Shown here piece after piece: positions 9,214-20,187 of a DNA stretch of 64,000 bases. How positions within the stretch are numbered: the stretch's first letter is position 1; each line of letters begins with the position of its first letter. A program made the translations under genes and the position numbers. The notes beneath the pieces are model-generated. The model ran no database searches. It worked only from the letters and a program-made list of their open reading frames with translations, and was not told where the DNA came from. Origin of the DNA: Candidatus Poribacteria bacterium (GTDB taxonomy: Bacteria; Poribacteria; WGA-4E; WGA-3G); NCBI GenBank assembly GCA_964291315.2, contig OZ219753.1, forward strand, positions 2,560,001-2,624,000, given 5' to 3'.

Positions 9214-9915
9214 TTGGAAATGCAAAATCTACCTCTTTTTATCTCTCTCTTTACTAATGTCCGTATCATCTTTGAGAAGTTTCATCAGATCACAGCTGTC
9301 GTGTATCCTGGTTGTGTTATAGGTGCCCTATTTATCGGGGTAGTGAGTTCGGGGATTGCGAAAGAGCAGGCGGAGAAAGTAAAGCTTGATAGCGTCGTCA
9401 AGGACTTTAGTCTTAAAGACGTTAACGGGACATCTCACACTCTGTACAAGCTCGGCGAGGAAAAGTCTGCTGTTGTTGTCTTATTTCTTGCTACACAGTG
9501 CCCTATAGTGACTGATTATGTGGAACGTATTGTTGCTTTGGTTAAGGCTTACGACGACAAAAACGTGCAATTTATTGGTGTCAATTCAAATAAACAGGAA
9601 AACGTTAAAGAGATCTCGGAATACAACCACAAACACGGGTTGGAATTTCCTGTCCTAAAGGATCTAGAAAATAATATCGCGGATTATTTTGGGGCAAGAA
9701 GAACGCCAGAAGCGTTTCTACTCGATGCAGAGCATGTGCTCCGCTACGCTGGGGCAATAGACAATAGTCCAAAAGAACCGATAAAACAGTATCTCCGAAG
9801 TGCTTTAGATCTAGTAGTTGCTGGAAAAGAGATTCCCAAGGATTCCAGAAAGACAAGGGCAGTTGGCTGTACAATTAAGCGGGTACGGAAATCCAACGTA
9901 GATAGGACCCCGTGA
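9214..9915 (+). CDS. Exported AhpC/TSA (redoxin) thioredoxin-fold protein; start uncertain
   Basis: DFSLKD, FLATQCP, RTPEAF, YAGAID and GCTIK motifs. Confidence 0.8.
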   Translation: MEMQNLPLFISLFTNVRIIFEKFHQITAVVYPGCVIGALFIGVVSSGIAKEQAEKVKLDSVVKDFSLKDVNGTSHTLYKLGEEKSAVVVLFLATQCPIVTDYVERIVALVKAYDDKNVQFIGVNSNKQENVKEISEYNHKHGLEFPVLKDLENNIADYFGARRTPEAFLLDAEHVLRYAGAIDNSPKEPIKQYLRSALDLVVAGKEIPKDSRKTRAVGCTIKRVRKSNVDRTP

Positions 9916-9973
9916 ATATTTATCTGCTTCCTTGTTTTTGGGGTCGATGTCACCGTGGAGGTGAAAAAACAAG

Positions 9974-12451
9974 ATGTTTCGATTGTTTTACCACTGTTTT
10001 CAAGCAGTTCTAAGTCTGTTTTGGGGGGCATGTATTCTTGTATTTATAGCGATTTTCGTGGGTATCGGATTTGCAGGCGGGATATTCTTAGCGTGTTGGA
10101 AAGATGTACGAGGCATCGATCTTAATCGACTCGAATATAATGTAGACACCGAAACTTGGAGACAACACTTGGAGGTTTATTCTTCTGTTTGCGAAGTACG
10201 AGAGACAGATAAAGCGGTGTTTTTGCTTGATAAATTGGAACGACTGAAATATAAGAAGGTCGCCGAGATCATCCCCCGATTGAGCGAACCGGGCGAGTAC
10301 ACCGATACATTGGACGCGAACGGAAATCGAGTGATCCGTATCCATCTGCGAGATTTTGAGTATCCGTACCTTGACGTGGCGGCTGGACATGTGCAAGTTG
10401 CAGTTAGAGACGAGCGGATTGTAGCCATCCGGAGTGAAGCTGGGGTTGTACGCCAGAATTTTTACCTTGAGCCGGAGAAGATGAGCGAATTTACTGACGA
10501 ACAAGGTGCCACGCGCCGTTTGATTCCGTTGCTCCAAATGCCTACAAAGTTGACAGGGGCATTTATCGCTATTGAGGATCACCGCTTTTCGAACCATTGG
10601 GGAGTTGATATTATACGTCTCGGCGGAGCAGTGAAGAATACTTTGTTAAATGGGGTCCGATTGGCCGGGACAAGTACACTCACACAACAGTTGGCGCGCA
10701 ATATTTATCTGTTTGATCAGAGATCCGTGAGAGACATTGGCCGGAAATCGAAAGAGATACTCCTTGCGGTGAGAATTGAGAAGGTTTTTTCTAAAGATGA
10801 GATCTTAGAGCGGTATTTGAATTATGTTGACTTGGGCAGATCGAGATATGGGGGCAAAACGTTTCACGGTGTTCAGCAAGCAGCACTCGGATATTTTGGG
10901 AAACAAGTGTCGGAGCTCGACTACCACGAATGCGCTTTGCTCGCAGCGCTTCCAAAGGGACCTTTTGCTTTTTCACCATTTTCCAATCCTGAGGATGCCA
11001 AGAGACGTCGTAATATGGTGCTTGACAGAATGTTAACGGAAGAATACATTCCTGCGTCCGAGTGGCGTGTCAGTCGAAACGCTCCGTTACTCCCCCCAAA
11101 TGTGGAGGAGAGACGTACAAAGATCTCCGCAAAGGAGGCAGGCCACTTCCTTCAACATGTGCGTGATGAACTTGTCCGACTTCCTGAACTTAAAACGAAA
11201 TTGTACAGCGAAGGGTTAAAGGTTTATACAACCATAGACATGTCAATGCAAGCGGTTGCTGAGAAAGAAGTCGCGAATCACCTCCGTTATATGGACAAGA
11301 CTTATGGCGGGGCGCGGCTCCCGGATTACGATACTTATAAGCTGAGACCAGACGGTGATCCGATAAATAACTATCTACAAGCCGCACTCATCGCCTTTGA
11401 ACCCAAGACAGGCCATGTTAAAGCGATGGTAGGCGGACGCGATTACAATATCACAGCGACGAAAATTGATCACTACAACCGCGCCCTTGGAAGCGCGAGG
11501 CGACAACCCGGGTCCGCTTTCAAACCGATTGTTTTCGCCGCCCTCCTAGAAGAACCGTCTATTTTAACGCCCGCAACAGTTATCGTTGATAGTAGCTGGG
11601 GCATTGTGCCTTTTCCTGGACAGAAGACATGGTATCCTCGAAACTACAGCAGGATGTTTAGAGGTAACGTCAATATCCGGGATGTGCTCACAAAATCGAT
11701 CAATGTTCCTACGGCGAGAGCGGTGCTTGAGACACCAATAGGTGACAACGGTATATGGGAAGGAATCAATCGCGTCGTGGACCTATCAAAACGGATGGGT
11801 ATTAAGAGCCCGATGGACCCAAAGCCTGCACTCTCCTTAGGTGCGTCTGTTATGACAGTCCTTGAATTGACATCCGCTTATGGGGTCTTTGCAAACGGAG
11901 GCGTTCAGATGGAACCGGTGCATATCCAATATATTCTTGACACAACGGGCAACATAATTTATCCATCTGACAACCATCAGGTAGAACGTCGGCGTGTCTT
12001 GGACGAAAAAGTAGCGTATCAGATTACTTCATACTTGGAAAACGTAATTCAAAATGGAACGGGTAGGCGCGCGAAACACATAATGGGGCTTACTCGGCCT
12101 GCAGCAGGTAAAACAGGAACCACTAATGACAATGTAGATGCTTGGTTCGTCGGCTATACCGCAGATCTAGTTGTCGGTGTGTGGGTAGGACTTGATAAAA
12201 ATCTGCCGAACCGCCGTAACTACAACCAAGAGGGGGCAAAAGCGGCGCTGCCAATTTGGGCGCAATTTTTAATTGATGCAGCGCGGGGGCCCCACAAGGA
12301 ATTCCCAGTACCTGATGGCATTGTCTTCCGAGACATTGATAAGAAAAGTGGAAAGCTCAAAAGGGACGGTGAATGCCCAGAAGAAAACATTAGTACGGAG
12401 CCTTTTATTGAAGGACAGGAACCCAAAAACCTTTGTAACCTGCGACATTAA
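9974..12451 (+). CDS. Class A bifunctional penicillin-binding protein with UB2H-like insert (PBP1A/1B type)
   Basis: N-terminal TM segment; transglycosylase EDHRF and STLTQQL; transpeptidase PGSAFKP, SIN and KTGT. Confidence 0.9.
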   Translation: MFRLFYHCFQAVLSLFWGACILVFIAIFVGIGFAGGIFLACWKDVRGIDLNRLEYNVDTETWRQHLEVYSSVCEVRETDKAVFLLDKLERLKYKKVAEIIPRLSEPGEYTDTLDANGNRVIRIHLRDFEYPYLDVAAGHVQVAVRDERIVAIRSEAGVVRQNFYLEPEKMSEFTDEQGATRRLIPLLQMPTKLTGAFIAIEDHRFSNHWGVDIIRLGGAVKNTLLNGVRLAGTSTLTQQLARNIYLFDQRSVRDIGRKSKEILLAVRIEKVFSKDEILERYLNYVDLGRSRYGGKTFHGVQQAALGYFGKQVSELDYHECALLAALPKGPFAFSPFSNPEDAKRRRNMVLDRMLTEEYIPASEWRVSRNAPLLPPNVEERRTKISAKEAGHFLQHVRDELVRLPELKTKLYSEGLKVYTTIDMSMQAVAEKEVANHLRYMDKTYGGARLPDYDTYKLRPDGDPINNYLQAALIAFEPKTGHVKAMVGGRDYNITATKIDHYNRALGSARRQPGSAFKPIVFAALLEEPSILTPATVIVDSSWGIVPFPGQKTWYPRNYSRMFRGNVNIRDVLTKSINVPTARAVLETPIGDNGIWEGINRVVDLSKRMGIKSPMDPKPALSLGASVMTVLELTSAYGVFANGGVQMEPVHIQYILDTTGNIIYPSDNHQVERRRVLDEKVAYQITSYLENVIQNGTGRRAKHIMGLTRPAAGKTGTTNDNVDAWFVGYTADLVVGVWVGLDKNLPNRRNYNQEGAKAALPIWAQFLIDAARGPHKEFPVPDGIVFRDIDKKSGKLKRDGECPEENISTEPFIEGQEPKNLCNLRH

Positions 12452-12567
12452 ATAAAAATATCTCTCTACACTTTTATCACGCTTCTCCGGTTAAAACTCG
12501 TTATGAAAAAGTTCACAAGACACGATACCCTATATTACTAACGTAAGTTTGATAGATACGTCCGTGT

Positions 12568-15535
12568 TTACTTTGTCCAAAGAGAACGCTTTGGGTATGC
12601 TAAACTATGCAGGCTCATCACCTCATTTCCGCGCGGGTCGATGACTTTGACTGCGACCTGTTTATGCGGTCCGGGACGGAACGGAAACGACGTTGTACCA
12701 CTGAACCGCTCAAACTGCTCTTCATCAATAACGCCTTTCAAGGCACGGGCGATCTTCTGCCACGCCGTCTTGTCCGGGAAGAAGGCTTGTGTGATGCAGA
12801 ACGTGCGTCCATCGTAGTCGGTATCCACAAACCACGCCGCCACCTTATTCGCACCCGCAGAACGCACGGTGTTGTCTGACGGGTCGTAGATGTCCACGCC
12901 CTCCATCTCGACAATATATTCCTCTTCGCCGGCTTCCTCAAGGGTTGTGCGGGGCATTCCGAAGACGGTAAAGAGCTGGGTTGAGGGTGTCTCCTTGAGG
13001 AGTCCGCCCATTGCGACGTCGGGGTTGATGTGTGCCATATGGATACGGACCCTGGGGTTCGGATCGTCTTGGATAACTGCTTGTGCCGCGCCGTCAAAAC
13101 TGAACCCTGCGAAGACAAGTTCATCATAGCCGCGGCGGGAGGCGATGGGTAGACACGCCTCGACTTGCATTGCGGTGATGGGGCCGTGCTGTGGTCCAAA
13201 TGCGACGGCGACGGAGGATTCGGTATCGCAGTGTTTCCAAGTGCCTTCTGCGTGGAGGATATCGGCTTCGATGGGGTCGAGGGTGTCGAATGTCAATGTG
13301 TTGTTATTAGGGAATCGGATGCCGTCGTGTCGGAGGTGATGTATCATCTGTTCGAGGTATGCCTCGGCATTGACTGCTTGGTGCGTGTCGGTCTCGGCAT
13401 CAAAAGTGGTTTTGACTTCTTCGGGTTGTGCTGTGCTGGACGAATCAAGGTCGAGTGACTCTTCTGCGGGTTGCACTGCCTCTACGGTGAAGGGACCGGT
13501 GACGCGCACTCGTTTTCTGTTGATGTGTGGCTGATCGACGAGTTCTTCGGTTTCAGATGCTGCGGTGATGCATGCGTTGATGTCGTGCATCTTTGCTTGC
13601 CATGCTTTGCGATAGTCTATGAGAGCGTGTTGTAGTGTTTTTGGCCAGTCGGGGTCTGTATCGAAGGGTACTTGCCAGTCGTGCCAGTGTGTATCTGGTA
13701 GCTGCCAGCGCCTTTTGTCTGCATCCGTGATGGCAGTTTTGCCGTGTTTTTTCTGCTTATGCTTGAGTTTTGCGAGGAGTTTTATGCGAAGCGGGGGGGG
13801 TAATCTGTGATAAGTTGTTGTTCAGAGCATCCAACTTCTCTTTCAATATCGGCTCATGTTTCTCAAAAATCGGATCCAGGGCAGTGTTTTGGGCGATACT
13901 TTTGAGGGTGATATGCGGAGCTTGTTTATTGACGAAGCCACCCGCGATGCCTTTTGACTCATCCTTGAGCTTATAGTAATCAAAGGCTCCTGTCAATAAG
14001 CGTTGTCGGGCTAAGGCGACAGCCACGCGGCTGGTATCAATGGTTATCCAGCGTCTGCCCCACTGTTCAGCAACATAGGCGGTGCTGCCGCTTCCACAAG
14101 TTGGATCGAGGACAAGATCTCCAGGATCTGTGGTCATGAGAAGGCAGCGTTCAATGACTTTTGTTGAGGTTTGAACAACATAGGCTTTATTTTGCTCTGA
14201 CATTTGATTATCCCATAGGTTTGCTATTAAAGCGTAGGGAAAATCACCGTGAAAATATTTATAGCGGACAGAGTTTCCTTGACTAATTATGCGGTCTGCT
14301 GCTGCCAAACGGCTTAGCCCATCTTGCGAACATCGCCAGCCGCGAGAACGGGAAGCAGCAGGTAAATATTCTCTATTACGGAACATAAAAGGCATCCTAG
14401 ATGTATCACTGCCACTAGTTGAATACAAACTATTGCTTGAAAAGAATTTAGCATTTCCTTTATTTAATTTCTTCGCATCGGAAGCATTAACGATTTCGCC
14501 ATCAATATCTGCTAAGTTAAATCGTACCGAGTCTGCCTTTTTCTCCTCGTAAAGACGATGAAATTTTAGTAAAGAAATATCTTTACTATACCAAAGAATA
14601 TAATCGTTCAATATAGATAGGTTTTTCCTTGTAGAAGTACTACGGGTTTTAAAAACAATCTCTCCAACAAAATTCTCACTCCCAAACACTTCATCCATGA
14701 CACATCGGACGCGATGGACGTTCTCGTCCCCGATCTGCACAAAAATACTGCCGCTATCGGTCAACAACTCCTTCGCAACAATCAACCGATCTCGCAGATA
14801 CGCAAGATATGAGTGGATACCCAAACGCCACGTATCCCGATACGCCTTGATCTGCTCACGCTCACGCGTCAAGTCCTGGGGCCGATCTCTTACATCCCGC
14901 TGAAAAGTGCTCGGTTGAAAATTAGACGCAAACTTGATGCCATACGGCGGGTCTATGTAGATCATCTGCACCTTGCCACCGAGATTTTCACGTTGTGCAA
15001 GGGAACTCATCACCGTGAGACTATCCCCAAGGATCAGGCGATTCGCCCAATCCACATCGTGCTGGTAAAAGTCAACGGCTGTGCTATAATCCTGCTGCGG
15101 ATCAGCGAAGAGTTCACGTTGGACGTTTTGGCGCTTTGCGGTTTTCAAGATTGCTTTGCTGCTGATGCGTTCGTGGATGTGGAGGGCCACGGGGTCGACG
15201 CTGAAGGCTGCTGTCTCCTGTTTGCCTGCCCATTCAAGCCAGGGGGCGTGGTGTCGGAGTGCCTCGGCGAGCGTCTTCGCCTCCTCTACGGAGAGCGGTC
15301 GCTGCTGTGCGGTGTGGAGGAGTTCGGGGAGTTTGTCTGCGTCTGCGTCTAGGTCGGATCGGAGGCGGGGTGGCAGGTGTGGGTTGTATGCGTATTGCCG
15401 TTTCGGGGGTTCTTGGATCTTCCCTTGTGCGGCGATGCCTGCGGGCGGGTTATTTTTTCGGGTAGCAGTACTGTGTCGGTAGTCGCGGACCTCTTTTGGC
15501 TTAGTGGTGCGTTTTGTGCGTTTTCTTCTTGACAT
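12568..15535 (-). pseudogene. Type III Mod-like beta-class DNA amino-methyltransferase, frameshifted at a C8 tract (about 988 aa if C7)
   Basis: IYIDPPY then DPTCGSGST; removing one C from tract 13793-13800 joins ORF 13757-15535 to ORF 12568-13590 through a stop-free linker (…WQVPFDTDPDWP…YRKAWQAKMHD…). Confidence 0.85.
13793..13800 (-). repeat. G8/C8 homopolymer at the frameshift
   Basis: Plus strand gcGGGGGGGGtaat. Confidence 0.9.
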
Positions 15536-15872
15536 TCTGGGACCTCTCTATGGAAATTGCTCGTTTTTTAGTTGATACAAGATGCCCATCCGTGGTATAT
15601 TGTATACGTATGAACGTGAGTTTGATAAACAGCTCACTGTTATCTTTATCTAAAGAGAGCCCCTTGGTATATTCGGTATATCAGGTTATTATATCTTTAC
15701 CGAAAGGAGCCCTCCCTCATATATTGTATCACTTCTCCGCAAAATAGACGACTTTTTTCTTGCGTTCGGGAAAAAGCAAACCTATAAATTTCTTGTAGTT
15801 TCGATGCACGATGCAGCTTGCATCCCGTATTGCGGAAACAATTGGAGCTGCAAGAAGGAGCCAAAAGCCGTC

Positions 15873-17945
15873 ATGAGAATGAATTGGGAATTGCTGACAG
15901 AAATTAAGTGCCCAAAAGATGGTGCTCCGGAAGTGGATCACCGACAATTTGATCTCGTATCAGACTACACGCCGCAAGGCGACCAACCCCAAGCGATTGA
16001 AAAGTTGACAAAGGGTCTCCTACGAGGAGACAGGACACAGACGCTGCTGGGTGTAACTGGTTCCGGCAAAACTTACACGATGGCGAATGTTATCCAGAAC
16101 GTGCAGGTGCCCACGCTTGTCATTTCACCGAATAAGACACTTTCCGCACAACTCTACAACGAATTTCGAACATTTTTCCCAAACAACGCTGTCCATTACT
16201 TCGTCAGCGACTATGAATACTATCAACCAGAGGCGTATCTCCCGGTTACCGATACTTTCATTGAGAAGGATGTTCGTATTAACGAGGAGATTACACGGAT
16301 GCGGCTTGCCGCAACAGCGTCCCTGATATCTCGTCGTGATGTTATTGTTGTTGCAAGCGTTTCCTGTCTCTACGGACTCGGTTCCCCAACTGAATTTAAA
16401 AAGCAGAGAGTTCATATAGCCGTAGGTGAGGTTATTCGTCGCGACAAACTCCTACGTGCTCTCATCGATATTCAATATGTTCGTAACGATGTTGAGTTCT
16501 GGCAGGGCATCTTCCGAGCACGAGGGGATGTTGTTGAAGTGTTTCCAGCTTATAGCGAAAATGCTTATCGTATTGAACTCTTCGGGGATGAGATTGATCG
16601 GATTAGCGAAATTGATACCACAACCGGTGAAGTATTAGCACACCGCGACTTCCTTGAAATCTATCCTGCTAAACACTTCATGACCGATGCTGAAATCTTC
16701 GGCGAGGCATTAATTAATATTGAACTTGAACTCCAAGACCGGATTCTTTTTTTTGAGAAACAGAACAAGCTGTTAGAAGCGCAGCGCGTTGAACAGCGAA
16801 CCCGTTTTGATCTAGAAATGTTGCGGGAAGTAGGCTACTGTTCTGGTATTGAGAACTACTCGCGACATCTCTCAGGACTCCAACCGGGTGATCCGCCTTA
16901 CTGTCTCATGCATTACTTCCCTGATAATTTTTTGCTTTTTATTGATGAATCTCATGTAACCATTCCACAACTACGCGGTATGTATCGTGGCGACCGATCG
17001 CGGAAAGAGACCTTGGTCGAGTACGGTTTCCGTTTGCCTTCGGCGTTAGATAACCGTCCGCTCCGTTTCGACGAGGTTGAAGCACGCGTCAACCAGGTTG
17101 TCTTTGTCTCGGCGACCCCGGGGCCCTATGAGATGGAAAACAGTTCTCAAACTGTTGAGCAAATCATTCGTCCTACGGGCCTGGTGGATCCGAAGATTAC
17201 TATCCACCCAGTGAGTGGACAGGTCGACGACCTCATAGGTAGGATTAAGAGGCGCGTCAAGAGCAAACAACGTGTACTCGTTACAACCCTCACTAAACGG
17301 ATGGCAGAAGACTTGACCGAGTATTTAACCGAAGCAGGTATCCGTGCTGACTATATGCACTCTGAGATTGATGTGTTCGATCGCGCCCGCATTCTACGTC
17401 AATTACGAGAGGGAGTTTTCGACGTTCTCGTTGGCATTAACTTGCTTCGAGAAGGCCTCGACCTGCCAGAGGTCTCTCTTGTGGCAATCTTAGATGCCGA
17501 TCGACCCGGCTTCCTCCGTTCTGTCAGGTCTCTCGTTCAAACGGCTGGACGTGCTGCACGAAACGTTGACGGTGAAGTAATCCTATACGGAAATGATGTC
17601 ACGGAGGCAATGGCAGAGGCGATACAAGAGACGCAACGGCGACGGGACATTCAGCTGCAGTACAACCTTGATAACAACATCACACCAGCCACTATTGAAA
17701 AAGCCATTCAAGAACTTATTACCGAGGCTGGGGATGAGTATCAAACAAAGGCAGCTGACAAACCAGCCTTTGCTGTAGCAGACATTGATCCTCAAGATGT
17801 TGAAACAATGATCAAGGACCTAACGCGACAGATGCGGAAGGCTGCCCTTGATCTCGATTACGAAGAAGCTGCTGCCTTACGTGACCGTATTGCTGAACTC
17901 AAGGAACAGTCAGCGGAACAGGAGCGTGTCACCGACAACAGCTAA
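15873..17945 (+). CDS. uvrB: Excinuclease ABC subunit B
   Basis: GDQP, LLGVTGSGKT, YYQPEAY, DESH, LPSALDNRPL and C-terminal UVR domain; start ATG 15873 or 15879. Confidence 0.97.
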   Translation: MRMNWELLTEIKCPKDGAPEVDHRQFDLVSDYTPQGDQPQAIEKLTKGLLRGDRTQTLLGVTGSGKTYTMANVIQNVQVPTLVISPNKTLSAQLYNEFRTFFPNNAVHYFVSDYEYYQPEAYLPVTDTFIEKDVRINEEITRMRLAATASLISRRDVIVVASVSCLYGLGSPTEFKKQRVHIAVGEVIRRDKLLRALIDIQYVRNDVEFWQGIFRARGDVVEVFPAYSENAYRIELFGDEIDRISEIDTTTGEVLAHRDFLEIYPAKHFMTDAEIFGEALINIELELQDRILFFEKQNKLLEAQRVEQRTRFDLEMLREVGYCSGIENYSRHLSGLQPGDPPYCLMHYFPDNFLLFIDESHVTIPQLRGMYRGDRSRKETLVEYGFRLPSALDNRPLRFDEVEARVNQVVFVSATPGPYEMENSSQTVEQIIRPTGLVDPKITIHPVSGQVDDLIGRIKRRVKSKQRVLVTTLTKRMAEDLTEYLTEAGIRADYMHSEIDVFDRARILRQLREGVFDVLVGINLLREGLDLPEVSLVAILDADRPGFLRSVRSLVQTAGRAARNVDGEVILYGNDVTEAMAEAIQETQRRRDIQLQYNLDNNITPATIEKAIQELITEAGDEYQTKAADKPAFAVADIDPQDVETMIKDLTRQMRKAALDLDYEEAAALRDRIAELKEQSAEQERVTDNS

Positions 17946-18024
17946 GGCTGTGTGTATCTTATCATCTTTTAGAGAACTGACTCGATATAAGTCCGGCAAA
18001 CGTGCTCCTTATTAAGTCTACATA

Positions 18025-18162
18025 GTTCCTGTTGATACCGGATTCCTATGGGGATACCGCCGCCCCGACGACGGCACGAGAGAACCGGGGATGACTAAAC
18101 CTAGGGGTTTGCAAGTGTTGAGAAGTCCGCTTCAATCACTCTATCCGGGGCTTTATGGGAAC
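18025..18162 (+). ncRNA. Candidate structured RNA of unknown family
   Basis: Nested closing stems plus four internal hairpins in an intergenic gap; G-U pairs favour the plus strand. Confidence 0.4.
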
Positions 18163-18333
18163 ATTAATCGGATATTGGGGTTTTAGACCTTGTATTCTAA
18201 AACCTAATCTGCTAATATTGTAGTAATAGATTTATAATTCAAACTCACAATTTTGTTCTTCAACGGCTTGATAATGTTGCAATTCGGTAACAAAGGTATC
18301 AATTTTCTTGGAGGACAGAGAAAGGATTTTGCA

Positions 18334-18591
18334 ATGTTTGTTTGTGTAGCTTGTGGTTATTTATGGAAGGAAGCAGATAGCCCACCGGACGAGTGTCCGG
18401 CTTGCACTGCACCGAAAGAGAAATATATCCCTTATGATGCCCGAGCAGAACGATGGGTTAAACGTGCAGTAGCGGCACATGTTATGTACCCAGACGCAGA
18501 AGGCGCAGACCTTCGGGCTGAGAATTCTGCGCTCTCATCACATATTAGATTCGCCCTGGTGGGGTTGCTTGGGGACATGCAGCAAAAGTAA
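18334..18591 (+). CDS. Rubredoxin-like small protein
   Basis: MFVCVACGY...PPDECPAC; AAGGA RBS. Confidence 0.75.
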   Translation: MFVCVACGYLWKEADSPPDECPACTAPKEKYIPYDARAERWVKRAVAAHVMYPDAEGADLRAENSALSSHIRFALVGLLGDMQQK

Positions 18592-18672
18592 GATGTAGAG
18601 GGAGCCTCGATTCTCAAATCGAGGCTTCTTTCCGATTTTGGTAGATACATGGAATTTTAAAGGAACAGATAG

Positions 18673-20187
18673 ATGAAACAGATACGTTACCTGCTAATTC
18701 TATTCTTGGTTATTTTGCACGGAATAGTATCAGCGCAAGACCTGGCAGACCGGGTGGTAGAGCACACTTTTCCTAACGGCTTGAAGTTGTTAATGATAGA
18801 GCGCCACACCTCACCGACTATTGCCCCGTACATCCTCTTTAGAGCGGGGTCCGTTGATGAATCAAACGATACACGAGGCATCGCACACATGCTAGAGCAC
18901 ATGTTGTTCAAAGGCACTCAAACAATCGGTACAAGAGACTATGAGAAAGAAAAAGAGGTGCTTTCCGAAATTGATCGGATAGGCAATGCCCTCGACATAG
19001 AACGAACAAAAGGCGCAAGAAGCGATGATGCCAAAATTGCCGAATTGGAAAAAGCACTCAAAGTGCAACAGGAACGCGCGAAGGAGTGGATTGTTAGCGG
19101 GGAATACAGTGAGATTTATACGCAACACGGTAGCACAGGATTCAATGCCGGCACTTCTGTTGACTATACCATTTACACGGTCGAATTGCCGTCTAACAAG
19201 TTAGAGTTGTGGGCGATCCTTGAGTCTGATCGGCTTAAAAACGCAGTCCTCCGGGAATTTTATGTGGAGCGTGAAGCTGTCAAGGAGGAACGTCGGATGC
19301 GTGTGGACACCCAACCGGAGGGTAAGCTTTATGAGCAGTTTATCGCAACTGCTTTCACCGCCCATCCATACGGTATGCCGATCATCGGTTGGCCCTCGGA
19401 TATCGCTATGCTAAATCGTCGCAAAGCTGAGGAATTTTTCCGTGTCCACTATGCACCAAACAATTCCATCATTGTTATTGTAGGCAGCATTAATCCGAGC
19501 GAAACCATTGAGCTTATTGAAAAATACTTCGGTGATATACCCGCACAACCACTCCCACCTGAAGTCACGACTGCTGAGCCACCTCAAGAAGGAGAACGTC
19601 GTATAGAGGTCGAATTTGACGCAGAACCGCGACTCATGATCGGGTATCATAAACCGACAATCCCACATTTTGACGATTATGTATTCGATATGATTAGCGC
19701 GATTCTTTCTGATGGGCGTACTTCTCGGTTTTACAAAAACATTGTCGAGGAGGGGATAGCTGTCTCCGCTAACTCGGTTAACGGATATCCGGGCGGACGC
19801 TATGACAACCTTTTTGTTCTTAACGCGACACCGCGGGCACCACACACAGTCTCCGATGTTGAAGAAGCTATTTATGCTGAACTCGAAAAACTCAAAACCG
19901 AACCAGTTGCCCAAAAAGAATTTAAACGGATTCTCAAACAGATTGAAGCGAGTTTCATCCGGGGATTGAGTTCAAACGCTGGGATGGCGCGGCAATTAAC
20001 CTTCTATGAAGGACTTGCGGGCGATTGGCGTTATATCCTCGATTGGCGGGAAACTATGTATGAGATCATGCCTGAAGATATCATGAAGGTCGCAAACGCC
20101 TATTTTACAAAAAGCAACCGCACTGTCGCCACACTCGTTAAAAAAGAGGCAGTGCCCGCGGAAAGTAACGCGGAGGGTAAGGAATAA
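18673..20187 (+). CDS. M16 (pitrilysin/insulinase) peptidase, catalytic subunit, exported
   Basis: Signal peptide; GIAHMLEHMLFKGT (HxxEH), FNAGT, HPY and YAPNN motifs. Confidence 0.92.
   Translation: MKQIRYLLILFLVILHGIVSAQDLADRVVEHTFPNGLKLLMIERHTSPTIAPYILFRAGSVDESNDTRGIAHMLEHMLFKGTQTIGTRDYEKEKEVLSEIDRIGNALDIERTKGARSDDAKIAELEKALKVQQERAKEWIVSGEYSEIYTQHGSTGFNAGTSVDYTIYTVELPSNKLELWAILESDRLKNAVLREFYVEREAVKEERRMRVDTQPEGKLYEQFIATAFTAHPYGMPIIGWPSDIAMLNRRKAEEFFRVHYAPNNSIIVIVGSINPSETIELIEKYFGDIPAQPLPPEVTTAEPPQEGERRIEVEFDAEPRLMIGYHKPTIPHFDDYVFDMISAILSDGRTSRFYKNIVEEGIAVSANSVNGYPGGRYDNLFVLNATPRAPHTVSDVEEAIYAELEKLKTEPVAQKEFKRILKQIEASFIRGLSSNAGMARQLTFYEGLAGDWRYILDWRETMYEIMPEDIMKVANAYFTKSNRTVATLVKKEAVPAESNAEGKE

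Noticed and set aside
12568-13590. 340-aa ORF as an independent gene or Res subunit
   Set aside because: No helicase motifs; it joins the upstream methyltransferase after a one-base correction
18063-18080. CCG-ACGA-CGG hairpin as a guanidine-II riboswitch
   Set aside because: No second ACGR hairpin and no adjacent guanidine-related gene
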